Source: Vulcanimicrobiota bacterium (lineage in GTDB: Bacteria; Vulcanimicrobiota; Vulcanimicrobiia; Vulcanimicrobiales; Vulcanimicrobiaceae). From it: DNA of 64,000 bases. The notes beneath the pieces were generated by a model. It saw only the letters and a program-made list of their open reading frames with translations, had not been told where the DNA came from and made no database searches. The stretch spans positions 2,624,001-2,688,000 of the forward strand of contig CAVTCS010000003.1 in the NCBI GenBank assembly GCA_963733295.1, written 5' to 3'. Shown in pieces: positions 17,697-27,657 of this stretch. Every line of letters begins with the position of its first letter. Position 1 is the first letter of the stretch. The position numbers and the translations under genes are program-made.

Positions 17697-19157
17697 GTGG
17701 CCGCGCCCGCGGCACGCTCGAGCTCGCAGCGCTTGACACTCTGGCTGTTCGCCTTCGCCCTCGCAGCGACGCTGATCGAGGGCGCCGCGCTGCACTTGGA
17801 CAGGTTGCGTTTCGCGGGCTTCATGCTCGACTTTCGCGCTTTCTACTGCGCGGGCGCAGCGCTCGACGCGGGAGCCGATCCTTACCGCGCCGAGCCGCTG
17901 CGCTCGTGCGAAATCACATCGTACGGAGCGTTCCCTCTCGGGTATCCGCAAGTTGCGGTTCCGGCGCCGCTCCCGGGCTACGCGATCGCTCCCTTCGCGC
18001 TGCTCGCGCATTTGCCGTACGACGCCGCGGCGACGCTCTGGCTCTTCGCGACCGCGCTCGCCATTTTAGCCAGCGCGGCCCTCTTGACCGGGCTTAGCCG
18101 GTTGCCGGCGCCGGTCGTATGGGCGGCGCTGATTTTGCCGCTCGGCCTCGTCTCGGGATTTCTCGGGCAACTCGTCCCGTTCGCGGTGCTCGCGCTCGCT
18201 TCGTGTGCGCGCGCGGTCGAAGCGGGCCGCCCGCGCGTCGCCGCGCTGGCCGCCGCCGCCAGTCTGATCGAGCCGCACTTCGGTTTGCCGGTCTGTCTCG
18301 GGCTCGCGCTCGGAGTGCCGCGCGCGCGCTTGCCGCTCGCGCTCCTGCTCGCGTGCGGCGCGGCCCTTTCGCTCGCGCTGCTCGGGCTCGAGCGAAACCT
18401 CGAGTACGTGCGTGCGGTGTTGCCCGCGCATCTCGCCAGCGAAGTCAGCAACGAAGAACAGTACAGCCTCACGCACTTGCTGAATCTTGCCGGCGCTCCC
18501 GACGCGTTCGCTTTGCAATTGGGCAGCGCTTCGTATGTCGTCGCGATCGTCGCCGGCATAGTGCTCGCGGCGCGACTCGTGCGGCGCGGCGCGCCCGTCA
18601 CGCTGTTCGTGCTCTTACCGGCTGCATTCGCGCCGCTGGGCGGCTCGTTCGTCCACATCCAGCAGATGGCGTTCGTCATACCGGCGTTGCTCGTGCTCTT
18701 GGGCCGCGTCGCGCCGCGCGACGCGTGGCTCGGAACGGCGCTGCTGCTGCTGGCGCTGCCCCTTGGAAACTTCACCTTTCTCTTCGTCACCGCGCCCTTC
18801 GCCGTCGCGACCGTCCTCGTGCTGGCGCGCGAACAACTGCGCCTCTCGTGGCTCGCCGCCGCGCTTCTGGCGTTCGCGGCTGTGGCGAGCATCTGCGTGC
18901 TGACCGCGGCGCTAGGGTCGCGGCCCGACGTCCACGCCGCGGTGGGGGCGGTGGCCGGCGGCGGCCGGCTGGCCGAAGCGAGTTGGGCGGCGTTGATTCG
19001 CGCGAGCTACCACGCGAATGTGGCCGTCTTCACGTTCTCCAAGATTCCGACGTACGCGGGCCTGGCGATCTTCGCGATTGTGACGTTCCGGCTTGCTCTC
19101 GGAGGACGGGATGGCGAGCCTGTCGTCGAACCGAATCGCGCACCGTGCGTAGCCTAA
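17697..19157 (+). CDS. GT87/DUF2029-like GT-C membrane glycosyltransferase
   Basis: DFRAFYCAG...DPY, P.PLP, GQL, polytopic. Confidence 0.75.
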   Translation: MAAPAARSSSQRLTLWLFAFALAATLIEGAALHLDRLRFAGFMLDFRAFYCAGAALDAGADPYRAEPLRSCEITSYGAFPLGYPQVAVPAPLPGYAIAPFALLAHLPYDAAATLWLFATALAILASAALLTGLSRLPAPVVWAALILPLGLVSGFLGQLVPFAVLALASCARAVEAGRPRVAALAAAASLIEPHFGLPVCLGLALGVPRARLPLALLLACGAALSLALLGLERNLEYVRAVLPAHLASEVSNEEQYSLTHLLNLAGAPDAFALQLGSASYVVAIVAGIVLAARLVRRGAPVTLFVLLPAAFAPLGGSFVHIQQMAFVIPALLVLLGRVAPRDAWLGTALLLLALPLGNFTFLFVTAPFAVATVLVLAREQLRLSWLAAALLAFAAVASICVLTAALGSRPDVHAAVGAVAGGGRLAEASWAALIRASYHANVAVFTFSKIPTYAGLAIFAIVTFRLALGGRDGEPVVEPNRAPCVA

Positions 19158-19741
19158 CGACCGGACTTTTTCTCGTCCTGTGCTGTCTGCCCGTCGCGGC
19201 GCCGGCCGGACAGATCATTACCCAGACGCCTGCGGGCGTGCAGGTAATCATCGGCGGACCCGACCCGACGCCGCGGCCGCAAGCCAAGCACCCGAAGAAA
19301 AAGAGGGCCGTTGCGAGCGCCGACGCCGGCGCAAACTACCGCGAGCCGTTGGCGGTCGGCGACGAAGCATACGGTCTGGGTGCGGTGGTCGTCCGCAACG
19401 CGCTCCGTTACGTCGGCGTTCCGTACGTATGGGGCGGAGCATCGCCCTACGGTTTCGATTGCTCCGGCTTTACGTGGTACGTCTACAAGCTGGCCGGCAT
19501 CAGCATTCCGCGCACCGCCGACGTGCAGTTCGCCGTCGGGCGCCCGATCGCGGGCGATCCGATTCCGGGCGACCTCGTCTTCTTTCAAACCTACGACTAC
19601 GGCGCATCGCACGTCGGGATCTATCTTGGAAACGGGCAGTTCGTCAACAGCATCGGCGACGACGTCCACATCGCGAGCTTCAACTCGTACTACTTCCGCA
19701 GCCGCTACCTCGGCGCGCGACGTTTCCTCCCCGACTACTGA
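19145..19741 (+). CDS. NlpC/P60 (C40) peptidoglycan peptidase, exported
   Basis: GVPYVWGG..GFDCSG, PGDLVFF, HVGIY; GTG start at 19145 gives a signal peptide. Confidence 0.92.
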   Translation: MRSLTTGLFLVLCCLPVAAPAGQIITQTPAGVQVIIGGPDPTPRPQAKHPKKKRAVASADAGANYREPLAVGDEAYGLGAVVVRNALRYVGVPYVWGGASPYGFDCSGFTWYVYKLAGISIPRTADVQFAVGRPIAGDPIPGDLVFFQTYDYGASHVGIYLGNGQFVNSIGDDVHIASFNSYYFRSRYLGARRFLPDY

Positions 19742-20994
19742 GCGGGCGCGGTTTCCTTACTAACCGCACTCCAGATCTCGCGCAGAAACGAACCGGCGTC
19801 CATGACGAGGCCGATCGACTGCGTCGAGCCGCGATCGGTCAGCTTCGTGACGCTGGCGGGGTTGATGTCGACGCAGATGACCTTGCACGAGGCCGGCAGC
19901 AGGTTGCCCACCGCGATCGAGTGGAGCAGCGTACAGACGCACAGCGCCATCCCGATCTCGGGAACGTAGCGGCGCATCGCGCGTTGCGCTTCGACGACGT
20001 CGCAGATCACCTCGGGCAGCGGGCCGTCGTCGCGAATCGATCCGGCCAGCACGACCGGAATGTCGCGCCGGTAGGCTTCGTACATGATGCCGCCCTGCAG
20101 CAGGCCGCTGTCGATCGCGGCGCGGATGCCGCCCGCCGCTCGAATCCGGTTGATCGCTCGCAAGTGATGGACGTGGCCCTCTTCCACCGGAAAAGCGTCG
20201 TCGAGGTCCACCCCGAGCGAGGTTCCGAAGAACTGCGCTTCGATGTCGTGCGCGGCCAGCGCGTTGCCTGCGAACAGCGCGTCGACGAAGCCGTCGCGAA
20301 TCAACCATTCGAGATATTTACCGGCGCCGGTGTGGACGATCGCGGGGCCGCCCACGAGCAACACGCGCTTCCCCGCGGCGCGCGTCGCGAGCAGCTCGCG
20401 CGCGACCTCGGCAATCAGCGATTCCTTGGGCTTTTCGCTCGAGACGGCGCTCGACATGAATTCGAAGACCTGCTTGCGGCGCGGCCGCTGCAGTGCTTGC
20501 ACGCGGACGCCGGCGTGACCGACGACGACCCGGTCGCCGGTTTTCACGTCCGAAGGCGCGACCGTCGTAGCCGAATCGCCGCGCACCACGATCGAGCAGT
20601 CCATCTCGGGAAGCGCCACCGCAAGCCAGTGCCCGGCGACCCGGACCTCGGTCTCGAGGTTCGTCGTCGCGTAGAAGTCGTCGGGCAGAACGCCGTCCCG
20701 CGACACCCGCTCGGTGCGCACGTCCGTGTCGTCGGGAACGATCGCGCCGATGTCGCGCAGCTTGTCGAGCAGATCCGAGAGGTGTTCGCTCGAGTCGGCT
20801 TCGATCCGCAGACGCGCCGTGCTCGGCTCGGTCGCGGTTTGTCCGACCGAGAAGTTATCGATCGTGTATCGCGCGTATTCGTTATCCATGATGACTTCGA
20901 GGACGTGACCGAAGACGCCCGAGTCGAGGATGTGGCCGCGCAGTTCGATCTCGCGGACGTACGCTCCCGAGTTATTTTCCGACGAGGCGGCCAT
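19735..20994 (-). CDS. TIGR00300 / LOR-SDH family protein (ArgZ/AgrE C-terminal-like ornithine cyclodeaminase)
   Basis: GHILDSG, FEFMSSAVSSEKPK, GNALAAHDIE, LAGSIRDDGPLP, KLTDRGS. Confidence 0.88.
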   Translation of the reverse strand: MAASSENNSGAYVREIELRGHILDSGVFGHVLEVIMDNEYARYTIDNFSVGQTATEPSTARLRIEADSSEHLSDLLDKLRDIGAIVPDDTDVRTERVSRDGVLPDDFYATTNLETEVRVAGHWLAVALPEMDCSIVVRGDSATTVAPSDVKTGDRVVVGHAGVRVQALQRPRRKQVFEFMSSAVSSEKPKESLIAEVARELLATRAAGKRVLLVGGPAIVHTGAGKYLEWLIRDGFVDALFAGNALAAHDIEAQFFGTSLGVDLDDAFPVEEGHVHHLRAINRIRAAGGIRAAIDSGLLQGGIMYEAYRRDIPVVLAGSIRDDGPLPEVICDVVEAQRAMRRYVPEIGMALCVCTLLHSIAVGNLLPASCKVICVDINPASVTKLTDRGSTQSIGLVMDAGSFLREIWSAVSKETAPAQ

Positions 20995-21038
20995 GCGCGA
21001 GGCTTCGGTACGCGGCTCGCAGGAGCATTGTCAAACCG

Positions 21039-22433
21039 GTGCTAAGCCTGCGCGCCGCTCACTATCTGGTCCTGATCGCGCTGTGGGTCGCGAGTTTGGC
21101 GTTGCCGCGACGCCCCGCGCAGGAGGAATCCCGGAGCGCGCGCGGCGTCGCCCCCAACCCGCAAGTCTTGATTTGCACCGCGCTTCTCGCCGCGGCCGCC
21201 CTCGCGCAGCTGCACGTGATCGCGCTCGCCGCGCACCAGCAAGTCCCGCTGACCGCCTGGCGCGCAGCGCTGCCGCTCGTGCCGATCGACGATTCGCCGC
21301 CGCTCTTCGGTCACACCGCGGCTTGGATCGGTGAATCGACCGGCGCGCTGGCTCTGCTGCAAAGCGCGCTGCTTGCAGCGCTGTACGCGTTCGTGCGGGG
21401 GCGAACGCTTTCGCGCGCGGCCTGGTTCGCCTTCGCGGGCGCGGGCGGCCTCATCGCGCTCGCCGCGCTCTTTTCGAGCGGGCTCACGAGTTCGGACATC
21501 TACCTCTATGCCGGCCACGGCAGGCTGGGGTTAGGGGCGTACGCGCCGCCCGCCGCGCGCTTCCCAGGCGAATTCGGTGCGATCAACGATCTGCGCGGCG
21601 TCCCGATTTATCCCTCGCTGTACGGACCGCTTTGGCTGGCCGTCGCTTCGGGCATTAGCCTGGGGGTGCACGGTCTCGTGGCGCAGCTGTTCGCTTTCCG
21701 GGTGGTCGGTTTGACACTCTTTGCAACCTGTCTGGCTTTGCTCGCCGCAATGCGCTGCTCGCCGGCAATCCTCGCGCTGTTCGCACTCAACCCGGCCTTC
21801 TACGAGCAATTCGTGGCCGACGCGCACAACGACGTCTTACCGCTCGCGTTGACGCTTGCGGCGCTCTGGCTCGTGCCGCGCCGCGCTTGGCTCGGCTGTC
21901 TGCTGGTCGTGGCGGCCGGCGCAACGAAGCTGCCCTTCGCGATCGCGGGTTTGGTCGCGTTCGGCGCGATCCCGAGTCGCGCGCAGCGCCTCGCGCTGGG
22001 GACGGTGAGCGTTCTCGGCGCGCTCGCCGCGACGTTCGTGGCCAGTGGAGGGATGTATTTTTCGAACTCGGCGCGCATGTCGGCGCGCATCACGCACGAC
22101 GCTTTCATCGTCGTCACGCACGACGTCACGATCGCGCTCGCGCTCGCCGCTGCGGTCCTGGCACTCGTGTTCGGCCGCTATTTGGCCGGCGCGAGCTGGT
22201 CGTTCGTCGCGCTCAGCACGACCCTCTTCCCCTGGTACGTCGCATGGTCGGTTCCGTACGCTCTCGTCGAGGAAACGCTGCTGCCGGTCTTCCTCTGCGC
22301 GCTGCCCGTGGCGACGTTTCTGATGTCGTCGGTCTATGCCCCGACACCGCTCGGCGAAGCACTGAACCTGTTGGCGATCGCATCGCCACTGCTGCTCGTC
22401 GCGCGCGCGCGGCGCAAAGCGGCCGGCCACTAG
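21039..22433 (+). CDS. GT-C membrane glycosyltransferase, MptA/MptB-like
   Basis: SSDIYLY...G, YGPLW, NP, AHND, K motifs; polytopic. Confidence 0.7.
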   Translation: MLSLRAAHYLVLIALWVASLALPRRPAQEESRSARGVAPNPQVLICTALLAAAALAQLHVIALAAHQQVPLTAWRAALPLVPIDDSPPLFGHTAAWIGESTGALALLQSALLAALYAFVRGRTLSRAAWFAFAGAGGLIALAALFSSGLTSSDIYLYAGHGRLGLGAYAPPAARFPGEFGAINDLRGVPIYPSLYGPLWLAVASGISLGVHGLVAQLFAFRVVGLTLFATCLALLAAMRCSPAILALFALNPAFYEQFVADAHNDVLPLALTLAALWLVPRRAWLGCLLVVAAGATKLPFAIAGLVAFGAIPSRAQRLALGTVSVLGALAATFVASGGMYFSNSARMSARITHDAFIVVTHDVTIALALAAAVLALVFGRYLAGASWSFVALSTTLFPWYVAWSVPYALVEETLLPVFLCALPVATFLMSSVYAPTPLGEALNLLAIASPLLLVARARRKAAGH

Positions 22434-22441
22434 GAGGATCC

Positions 22442-23293
22442 GTGCCGCTGATCCTCATCCCGACGCCGATCGGCAACCTGCGCGACATCACGCTGCGCGC
22501 GCTCGACGCGCTCGCCGCATGCGACTGTGTCGTGGCCGAAGACACGCGCGTCGCGGCGCGTTTGCTCAACGCTTACGGCATCCGCGGCAAGCCGGTACGC
22601 GGCTACCGCGAGCAGAACGCGGCCGAGGTCACGGGCGCGATCTTAGAGCAAGCGCGCGAGCACGCCGTCGCAGTTCTGAGCGACGCAGGCATGCCGGGAA
22701 TCTCCGATCCGGGGCGCGAGCTCGTAGCCGCGGCGCGCGCCGCGGGGATCGCCGTCGAGGTCTTGCCGGGCGCCAGCGCTTTCGTGTGCGCGGCGGTACT
22801 CTCGGGTTTCGCACTCGAGCGTTTTTCGTTCGAAGGTTTCTTGCCGCGCGCGCGCGGCGAGCGCGAGCGCAGCTTGCGCGCTGCGCTGTTGCGCGGCACG
22901 ACGACGGTTTGGTACGAAGCGCCGCACCGCATCCTCGCCTCGCTCGCGACGCTCGCAGCCCTCGCGCCCGAGGCCGACGTGTTCGTCGCGCGCGAACTCA
23001 CCAAGCTCCACGAACAGCAAATCCTCGGAAAACCTTCCGCCGTAATCGCGGCGCTGGCCGCGCCGGTTCGCGGCGAGATCGTGCTGGTGCTCGGACCCGT
23101 CGCGCGCGGCGAACCCGCCGCGAGCGAAGAGCAACTCGAGGCCGCGATCGATGCGGCCCTCGCCGCGGGTTCGCCGCCGGCCGCGATCGCGAAGGCGCTC
23201 GCTCGCGAGAGCGCGCACTCGCGCCAGGAACTCTACGCGCGGGTGATCGAGCGCAAGCTGGCGCGCGAACGGCGCTCGGAAGGCTCGCTCTGA
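22442..23293 (+). CDS. rsmI: 16S rRNA (cytidine1402-2'-O)-methyltransferase
   Basis: PTPIGNLRDITLRAL, AEDTR, SDAGMPGISDPG, ARELTKLHE; AGGAGG RBS before GTG 22442. Confidence 0.96.
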   Translation: MPLILIPTPIGNLRDITLRALDALAACDCVVAEDTRVAARLLNAYGIRGKPVRGYREQNAAEVTGAILEQAREHAVAVLSDAGMPGISDPGRELVAAARAAGIAVEVLPGASAFVCAAVLSGFALERFSFEGFLPRARGERERSLRAALLRGTTTVWYEAPHRILASLATLAALAPEADVFVARELTKLHEQQILGKPSAVIAALAAPVRGEIVLVLGPVARGEPAASEEQLEAAIDAALAAGSPPAAIAKALARESAHSRQELYARVIERKLARERRSEGSL

Positions 23294-24594
23294 CCGCCTC
23301 CGGCGGCTATCCCGAAGGCGGCGACGATCAGCGCGATGAGCCCAAGCCACGTCGGGAGCTTCGTTTCGAAGCGTTGTGCCGGCGTGCGCCGGTCGCGCAC
23401 CGAAAACGTCTGCCACAGCCCCCACTCGTCTTCGGCCAATCGTCCTCCGTCGGAGAGCTGGCGCATCGGGGTCGTGAAGTCGACCTTGCGCACCGGCGGC
23501 AAGCGGTTATTGAAAAAGGGCATCTCGGCGAACGATTGCCACGGAACCGCAAGCAGCAAGAGAGCGGCAACGGCGAGCGTTCGCCACGGGCTGCGTCGCG
23601 CGACGAGCATGAATGCGAGCGGTAAGGCAAAAGCCATTTGATGGATGTGCTCGTACGCGCCGCCGAGCAACACCAGCGCCGGCGGAACGAGCGCAACGAA
23701 GGCGCGATCTTGCAGCGAGCCAGCCAATCGGCCGGCCAGCACGACGCCGGCGGCGAGCATGAGGAGGTACGAGAGCGCTCCGACCTGCAGCGCGAGTCCC
23801 GGCGCGACGCCGGCTTGCGCGAGCAACGCGCTCAAGCTGTATTGTCCGACGAAGGACAAGCCCTCGGCGAGCGCTTGGGCCGGAACGACGCGAACGAAAT
23901 ACTCCACGTTCTGCGCGATGCCGCCGTACGCGAGCGAGAACAGCGCGAGCAGACCGCCGAACGCCAGCAGGCCGCGCCGCGTTCGAGGTTCCCATATGAA
24001 AAGCGCGAGGCAGAGAGGCAAGCCGACGTGGGCTTCGATCAGCGTCGCGGCGCCGAACGCCGCCGCTGCGAGCGGTTTCTCCGCGCGCAACGCGAGAGCC
24101 GCCGCGCACACGAAGCAGAGCACGATCGGAACGATCTGACCGATCAGAATCGAGGCCAACGCGTCGGCGAGCAGCAGCGGAAAGAAGAGCACGAGCGGTC
24201 CAAGTCCGGTGAGCCTCCGCAGCAGCACGTACGTGAGCGCGGTAGCGGCCAATAAGAGAACGAACCAGAGGGTCGCGGCGACGCGATAGCCGGCCAGACC
24301 GAAGAGCGCGAAGGGCGCCAGAACGAACGGCGGCAACGGCGCCGGCACGACCAGGTACGGCACAATCTTAAAGCCGAGCGAGCTCATCGCCGCCGCCTCG
24401 CAACCGCGCAACGGTTCGGCGAGGTAAGGGTCGGCGCGCGCCGCGCTCACCTTGCCGGCGCAATAGAACGCCAAGAAATCGATCTGGTTGCGCGCCGAAA
24501 TGCGCGTGGCTTGCCCGAGCACGTCGCGGGTCGAGAAGAACGCGACGCTCAGCGCGACGGCAACGACGAGCAGCGCGACGAGCGGCTTCTTCAT
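23233..24594 (-). CDS. GT87/DUF2029-like GT-C glycosyltransferase, paralogue of 17697..19157
   Basis: DFLAFYCAG..DPYLAEPLRGCE..PAPLP, HIHQMAF; ATG 24594 overlaps the upstream stop. Confidence 0.75.
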   Translation of the reverse strand: MKKPLVALLVVAVALSVAFFSTRDVLGQATRISARNQIDFLAFYCAGKVSAARADPYLAEPLRGCEAAAMSSLGFKIVPYLVVPAPLPPFVLAPFALFGLAGYRVAATLWFVLLLAATALTYVLLRRLTGLGPLVLFFPLLLADALASILIGQIVPIVLCFVCAAALALRAEKPLAAAAFGAATLIEAHVGLPLCLALFIWEPRTRRGLLAFGGLLALFSLAYGGIAQNVEYFVRVVPAQALAEGLSFVGQYSLSALLAQAGVAPGLALQVGALSYLLMLAAGVVLAGRLAGSLQDRAFVALVPPALVLLGGAYEHIHQMAFALPLAFMLVARRSPWRTLAVAALLLLAVPWQSFAEMPFFNNRLPPVRKVDFTTPMRQLSDGGRLAEDEWGLWQTFSVRDRRTPAQRFETKLPTWLGLIALIVAAFGIAAGGGQSEPSERRSRASLRSITRA

Positions 24595-26174
24595 TTCGGG
24601 CTGCGCAGATCGTACACGATCATCGAAGTCCACTCGACGTTAGCCGGAAAGTCGTAGCGCTCGGAAATGCGGTAGCGCCGTGCGAGTTCGTCGGTGAGGA
24701 CGTCGGTCATCTGGTACGGGAGGATTCCGGAGCGACCGAACGGACGCGCCAGCGAGGTCGGGCGCACGACGGCCAGCAATCTCGTTCCGCGCGCGGCGAG
24801 TTGCCCGATGCGGCTCAGCGTCCGGCCCACCGCGCCGGGCTCGGCCCATGCCGCGGTTTCGGCCCCGATGTCAAAATCTTGCGGATCGTTCCAACGCGGG
24901 AAACCGTAGATCGCACGCCCCTGCGCGTAGAACGCGCAGCTTGCCGCGGCATAGCCCGGGGCGACGAGGATAGCGGCCGTGCGCAGCGCGCCTTCCGAGA
25001 GCGTCTCGCCTGCGGCTTGCATGCCGCTCTTCGGCTGGCGGACGAGATAGACCGTCGGTTTGACGCTCGTCAGTGCGAGCAGGAGACCGGCATAGCCGAG
25101 GGCGAGGGCCGCGACGGCAGGCGCGCCGCGCGCACGGCGCACCAAGCTCGCCACGAACTCGTCGAGGATGCGCGCGTAGATCGCGATCGCCGGCGCGAGC
25201 ATCGGGAAAACGTAACGCTGATCCCGATAGCCGAGGGCCGCCTCGATCGCGACGACCCACAAGATCGAAACGGCTACGACGAAAGTGCCCGCGTCGCGTG
25301 GAGTATCGGCGTCCTGTTGGCGCAAGCGTGCGTGCAGGAACAAGGCGTACGTCGCGACCGCAACGAGCGCGACGTAAGCGAAGATAAACGTAAATGCCGC
25401 GCTCGTGCCGGACAAGGAGCCCGGAAACGTGTACGACATCAAAGCGATCGCCGCGCCCGGACGCACCGCCCACGAAGGGAAATCGATCCAGGGAGTTCCG
25501 GCGCGCAACTGCTGTGCCAGAACCGGCGCCCATGGCGCGAGTGCGACGGCGAGCAACGACAGCGGCACGAGCAGGCGCGTCAGCGGCGGGCGATCGGTGG
25601 CGCGCAGACAAGCCGTGGCGGCAACGAGTCCGGCGATGAAGATGACGCCGACGTAGTGCGTGTACACGAGCAAGAGCGCCCACCCGAACCACCACGGCCG
25701 TCCGCGCAGTGCGAGCCAGCGCACGTAAGCGTAAGCGGTCATGGCCACGAGCAGCGCCGCGAGCGTGTAGGGCCGCAACTCTTGGGAGTAATAGATCGCG
25801 GGTTCGGCGGTCGTCACGAGCCATGTTGCGAGCAGTGCGGAGCGCCGGTTCCCGAGCGCGCTCGCGAGCAGGAAGGTAGCCGGGATCAGCAAGATGCCGC
25901 ACGCCAGCGGCAAAATTTTCAGCGCGACTTCGCCAAAACCGAAGAGCGAACCGAGCGCGCGCTCGAGCAGAAAGAACAAAGGGGGATTCGTCTCGACGCG
26001 CGCGATGTGCTCGATCGTCGCGCGCAGCGTCGGTTGCGTCACGTCGAAGAAGGTATAGGCCTCGTCGCGCCAGACGCCGACGCCGGCGAACGGGACCCGC
26101 AGCAGCGCTCCGAAGATCGTCAGCGCGACCACCGCCGGCAGCACCCAGCTCACGCTCGTCATCCGGCGCGTCAT
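24591..26174 (-). CDS. GT39/PMT_2 family GT-C glycosyltransferase
   Basis: WRDEA, NPPLFF, YSQELRPY, YTHY motifs. Confidence 0.82.
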   Translation of the reverse strand: MTRRMTSVSWVLPAVVALTIFGALLRVPFAGVGVWRDEAYTFFDVTQPTLRATIEHIARVETNPPLFFLLERALGSLFGFGEVALKILPLACGILLIPATFLLASALGNRRSALLATWLVTTAEPAIYYSQELRPYTLAALLVAMTAYAYVRWLALRGRPWWFGWALLLVYTHYVGVIFIAGLVAATACLRATDRPPLTRLLVPLSLLAVALAPWAPVLAQQLRAGTPWIDFPSWAVRPGAAIALMSYTFPGSLSGTSAAFTFIFAYVALVAVATYALFLHARLRQQDADTPRDAGTFVVAVSILWVVAIEAALGYRDQRYVFPMLAPAIAIYARILDEFVASLVRRARGAPAVAALALGYAGLLLALTSVKPTVYLVRQPKSGMQAAGETLSEGALRTAAILVAPGYAAASCAFYAQGRAIYGFPRWNDPQDFDIGAETAAWAEPGAVGRTLSRIGQLAARGTRLLAVVRPTSLARPFGRSGILPYQMTDVLTDELARRYRISERYDFPANVEWTSMIVYDLRSPK

Positions 26175-26238
26175 ATATCACACCTGTCTTCGGCAGGCGA
26201 CCGGGTTCCCGCTACCCCTTGACGGAAGCGTCCGGGAG

Positions 26239-27657
26239 ATGACAGCCGGGCTCTTTCTGGGCGCCCTCGCGCTCGTCTTGGTGGGATTCGTCCGGCCGCG
26301 CAGCGCGCCGGAAGCACCGCCGGCGCCCGCGCAAGTGACGTCCTCCTCACTCTCGGTCGCACTGCTGTGCGCGCTCGTCGCGGCGCTCTTTCTCGTGCAG
26401 CTGCGCGCGATCGAAATCGCGGCGACGACGCAAGTGCCGTTTCCGCGAGCGTACGCGAACCTGCCGGTCGTACCGATCGACGAGTCGCCGCCCGTCTACA
26501 GCCACACGCCGCCCTGGGTCGGCAACACGATTTTCGCCTTGACGGTGGCCGAAACGGCAGCGCTCTTCGCGCTCTATCGTGCGCTGCGAGGGCGGCGCAT
26601 CACGCGCGCCGCCGGTATCTCGATCTGCACCGCTTGCGCGGTCATGCTCGCCGGTGCATTACGAACGCCGGCGACGACGAGTCAGGATCTCTACCTCTAC
26701 GTCGGCTTCGCGCATCTCGGAGCAGCCGCGTACGCGCCGCCCGCGACACCCTTCGAGGGCGAATTCGCAGCCGTTAACCGGCTGTGGGGCATCCCGATGC
26801 TTTCGGCGGCTTACGGACCGGTTTGGATCGCCTTTTCGCGGCTGAGTCTGGGCGCGGGCCCTTCGCTTGCGGCACAAGTCGAAGCGTTTCGCATCGCCGG
26901 CGCGATCGCGTTCTGCGCGAGCGCGAGCCTGGTCTTTCTGCTCCGGCGCGATTTCTCGGCAGCCGCGCTCTTCGCGCTCAATCCCGCTTTGCTCGAACAA
27001 TACGTCGCCGACGGTCACAACGACGTCTTTTGCCTCGCGCTGACGCTAGCCGCATTCCTTGCCGTGCGCCGCAACACCGCGGTCGCGATCGTCCTGGTGG
27101 CCGCGGCCGGCGCCGCCAAGCTGCCTTTCGCGCTCATCGGTTCGCTGGCGTTCGCGACCCTCGCGCGGCGCAGGCAACGTATCGTCGCGACGGTCATCGC
27201 GATCGTGCTGGCGGCCGGCGCCACCGAGCTGTTCAGCGGCGGACGGTATGCCGCGTCTACGGCGTCTGTCTTGCAGACGTACGTCTTCGGCGACCGGTTC
27301 GCCGCGGCGACGCGGCTCGCCGTGGCCGCCGTAGCGCTCGGAGCTGCGGCGGCGGCGCTCGTTGCGCGCCGCTTCAACCGCGGTGCCAGCTGGTCGTTCC
27401 TCGCCTTCGGGAGCGAGCTGTTTCCGTGGTACGTCGCCTGGGGCGTCCCGTATGCGCTCCTCGAAGGCTCGTGGCTCTGCGCGTACCTGTTGAGCTTGCC
27501 GCTCGTCGCTTTCAACCTCACGACGGTGTACGCGCCCACCGGTTGGACGCGCGCGGCTTACGGAATTCTGCTGCTCGCTCCGCTGCTGCCGCTGTTCGCG
27601 GGTGGTTTCCCCGGACGCGAGGCACGCAACGCGCCGCGCCGAACCCCCGGGCTCTGA
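26239..27657 (+). CDS. GT-C membrane glycosyltransferase, paralogue of 21039..22433
   Basis: SQDLYLYVG, YGPVW, ALNP, DGHND, KLPF, FPWYVAW shared with the paralogue. Confidence 0.7.
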   Translation: MTAGLFLGALALVLVGFVRPRSAPEAPPAPAQVTSSSLSVALLCALVAALFLVQLRAIEIAATTQVPFPRAYANLPVVPIDESPPVYSHTPPWVGNTIFALTVAETAALFALYRALRGRRITRAAGISICTACAVMLAGALRTPATTSQDLYLYVGFAHLGAAAYAPPATPFEGEFAAVNRLWGIPMLSAAYGPVWIAFSRLSLGAGPSLAAQVEAFRIAGAIAFCASASLVFLLRRDFSAAALFALNPALLEQYVADGHNDVFCLALTLAAFLAVRRNTAVAIVLVAAAGAAKLPFALIGSLAFATLARRRQRIVATVIAIVLAAGATELFSGGRYAASTASVLQTYVFGDRFAAATRLAVAAVALGAAAAALVARRFNRGASWSFLAFGSELFPWYVAWGVPYALLEGSWLCAYLLSLPLVAFNLTTVYAPTGWTRAAYGILLLAPLLPLFAGGFPGREARNAPRRTPGL

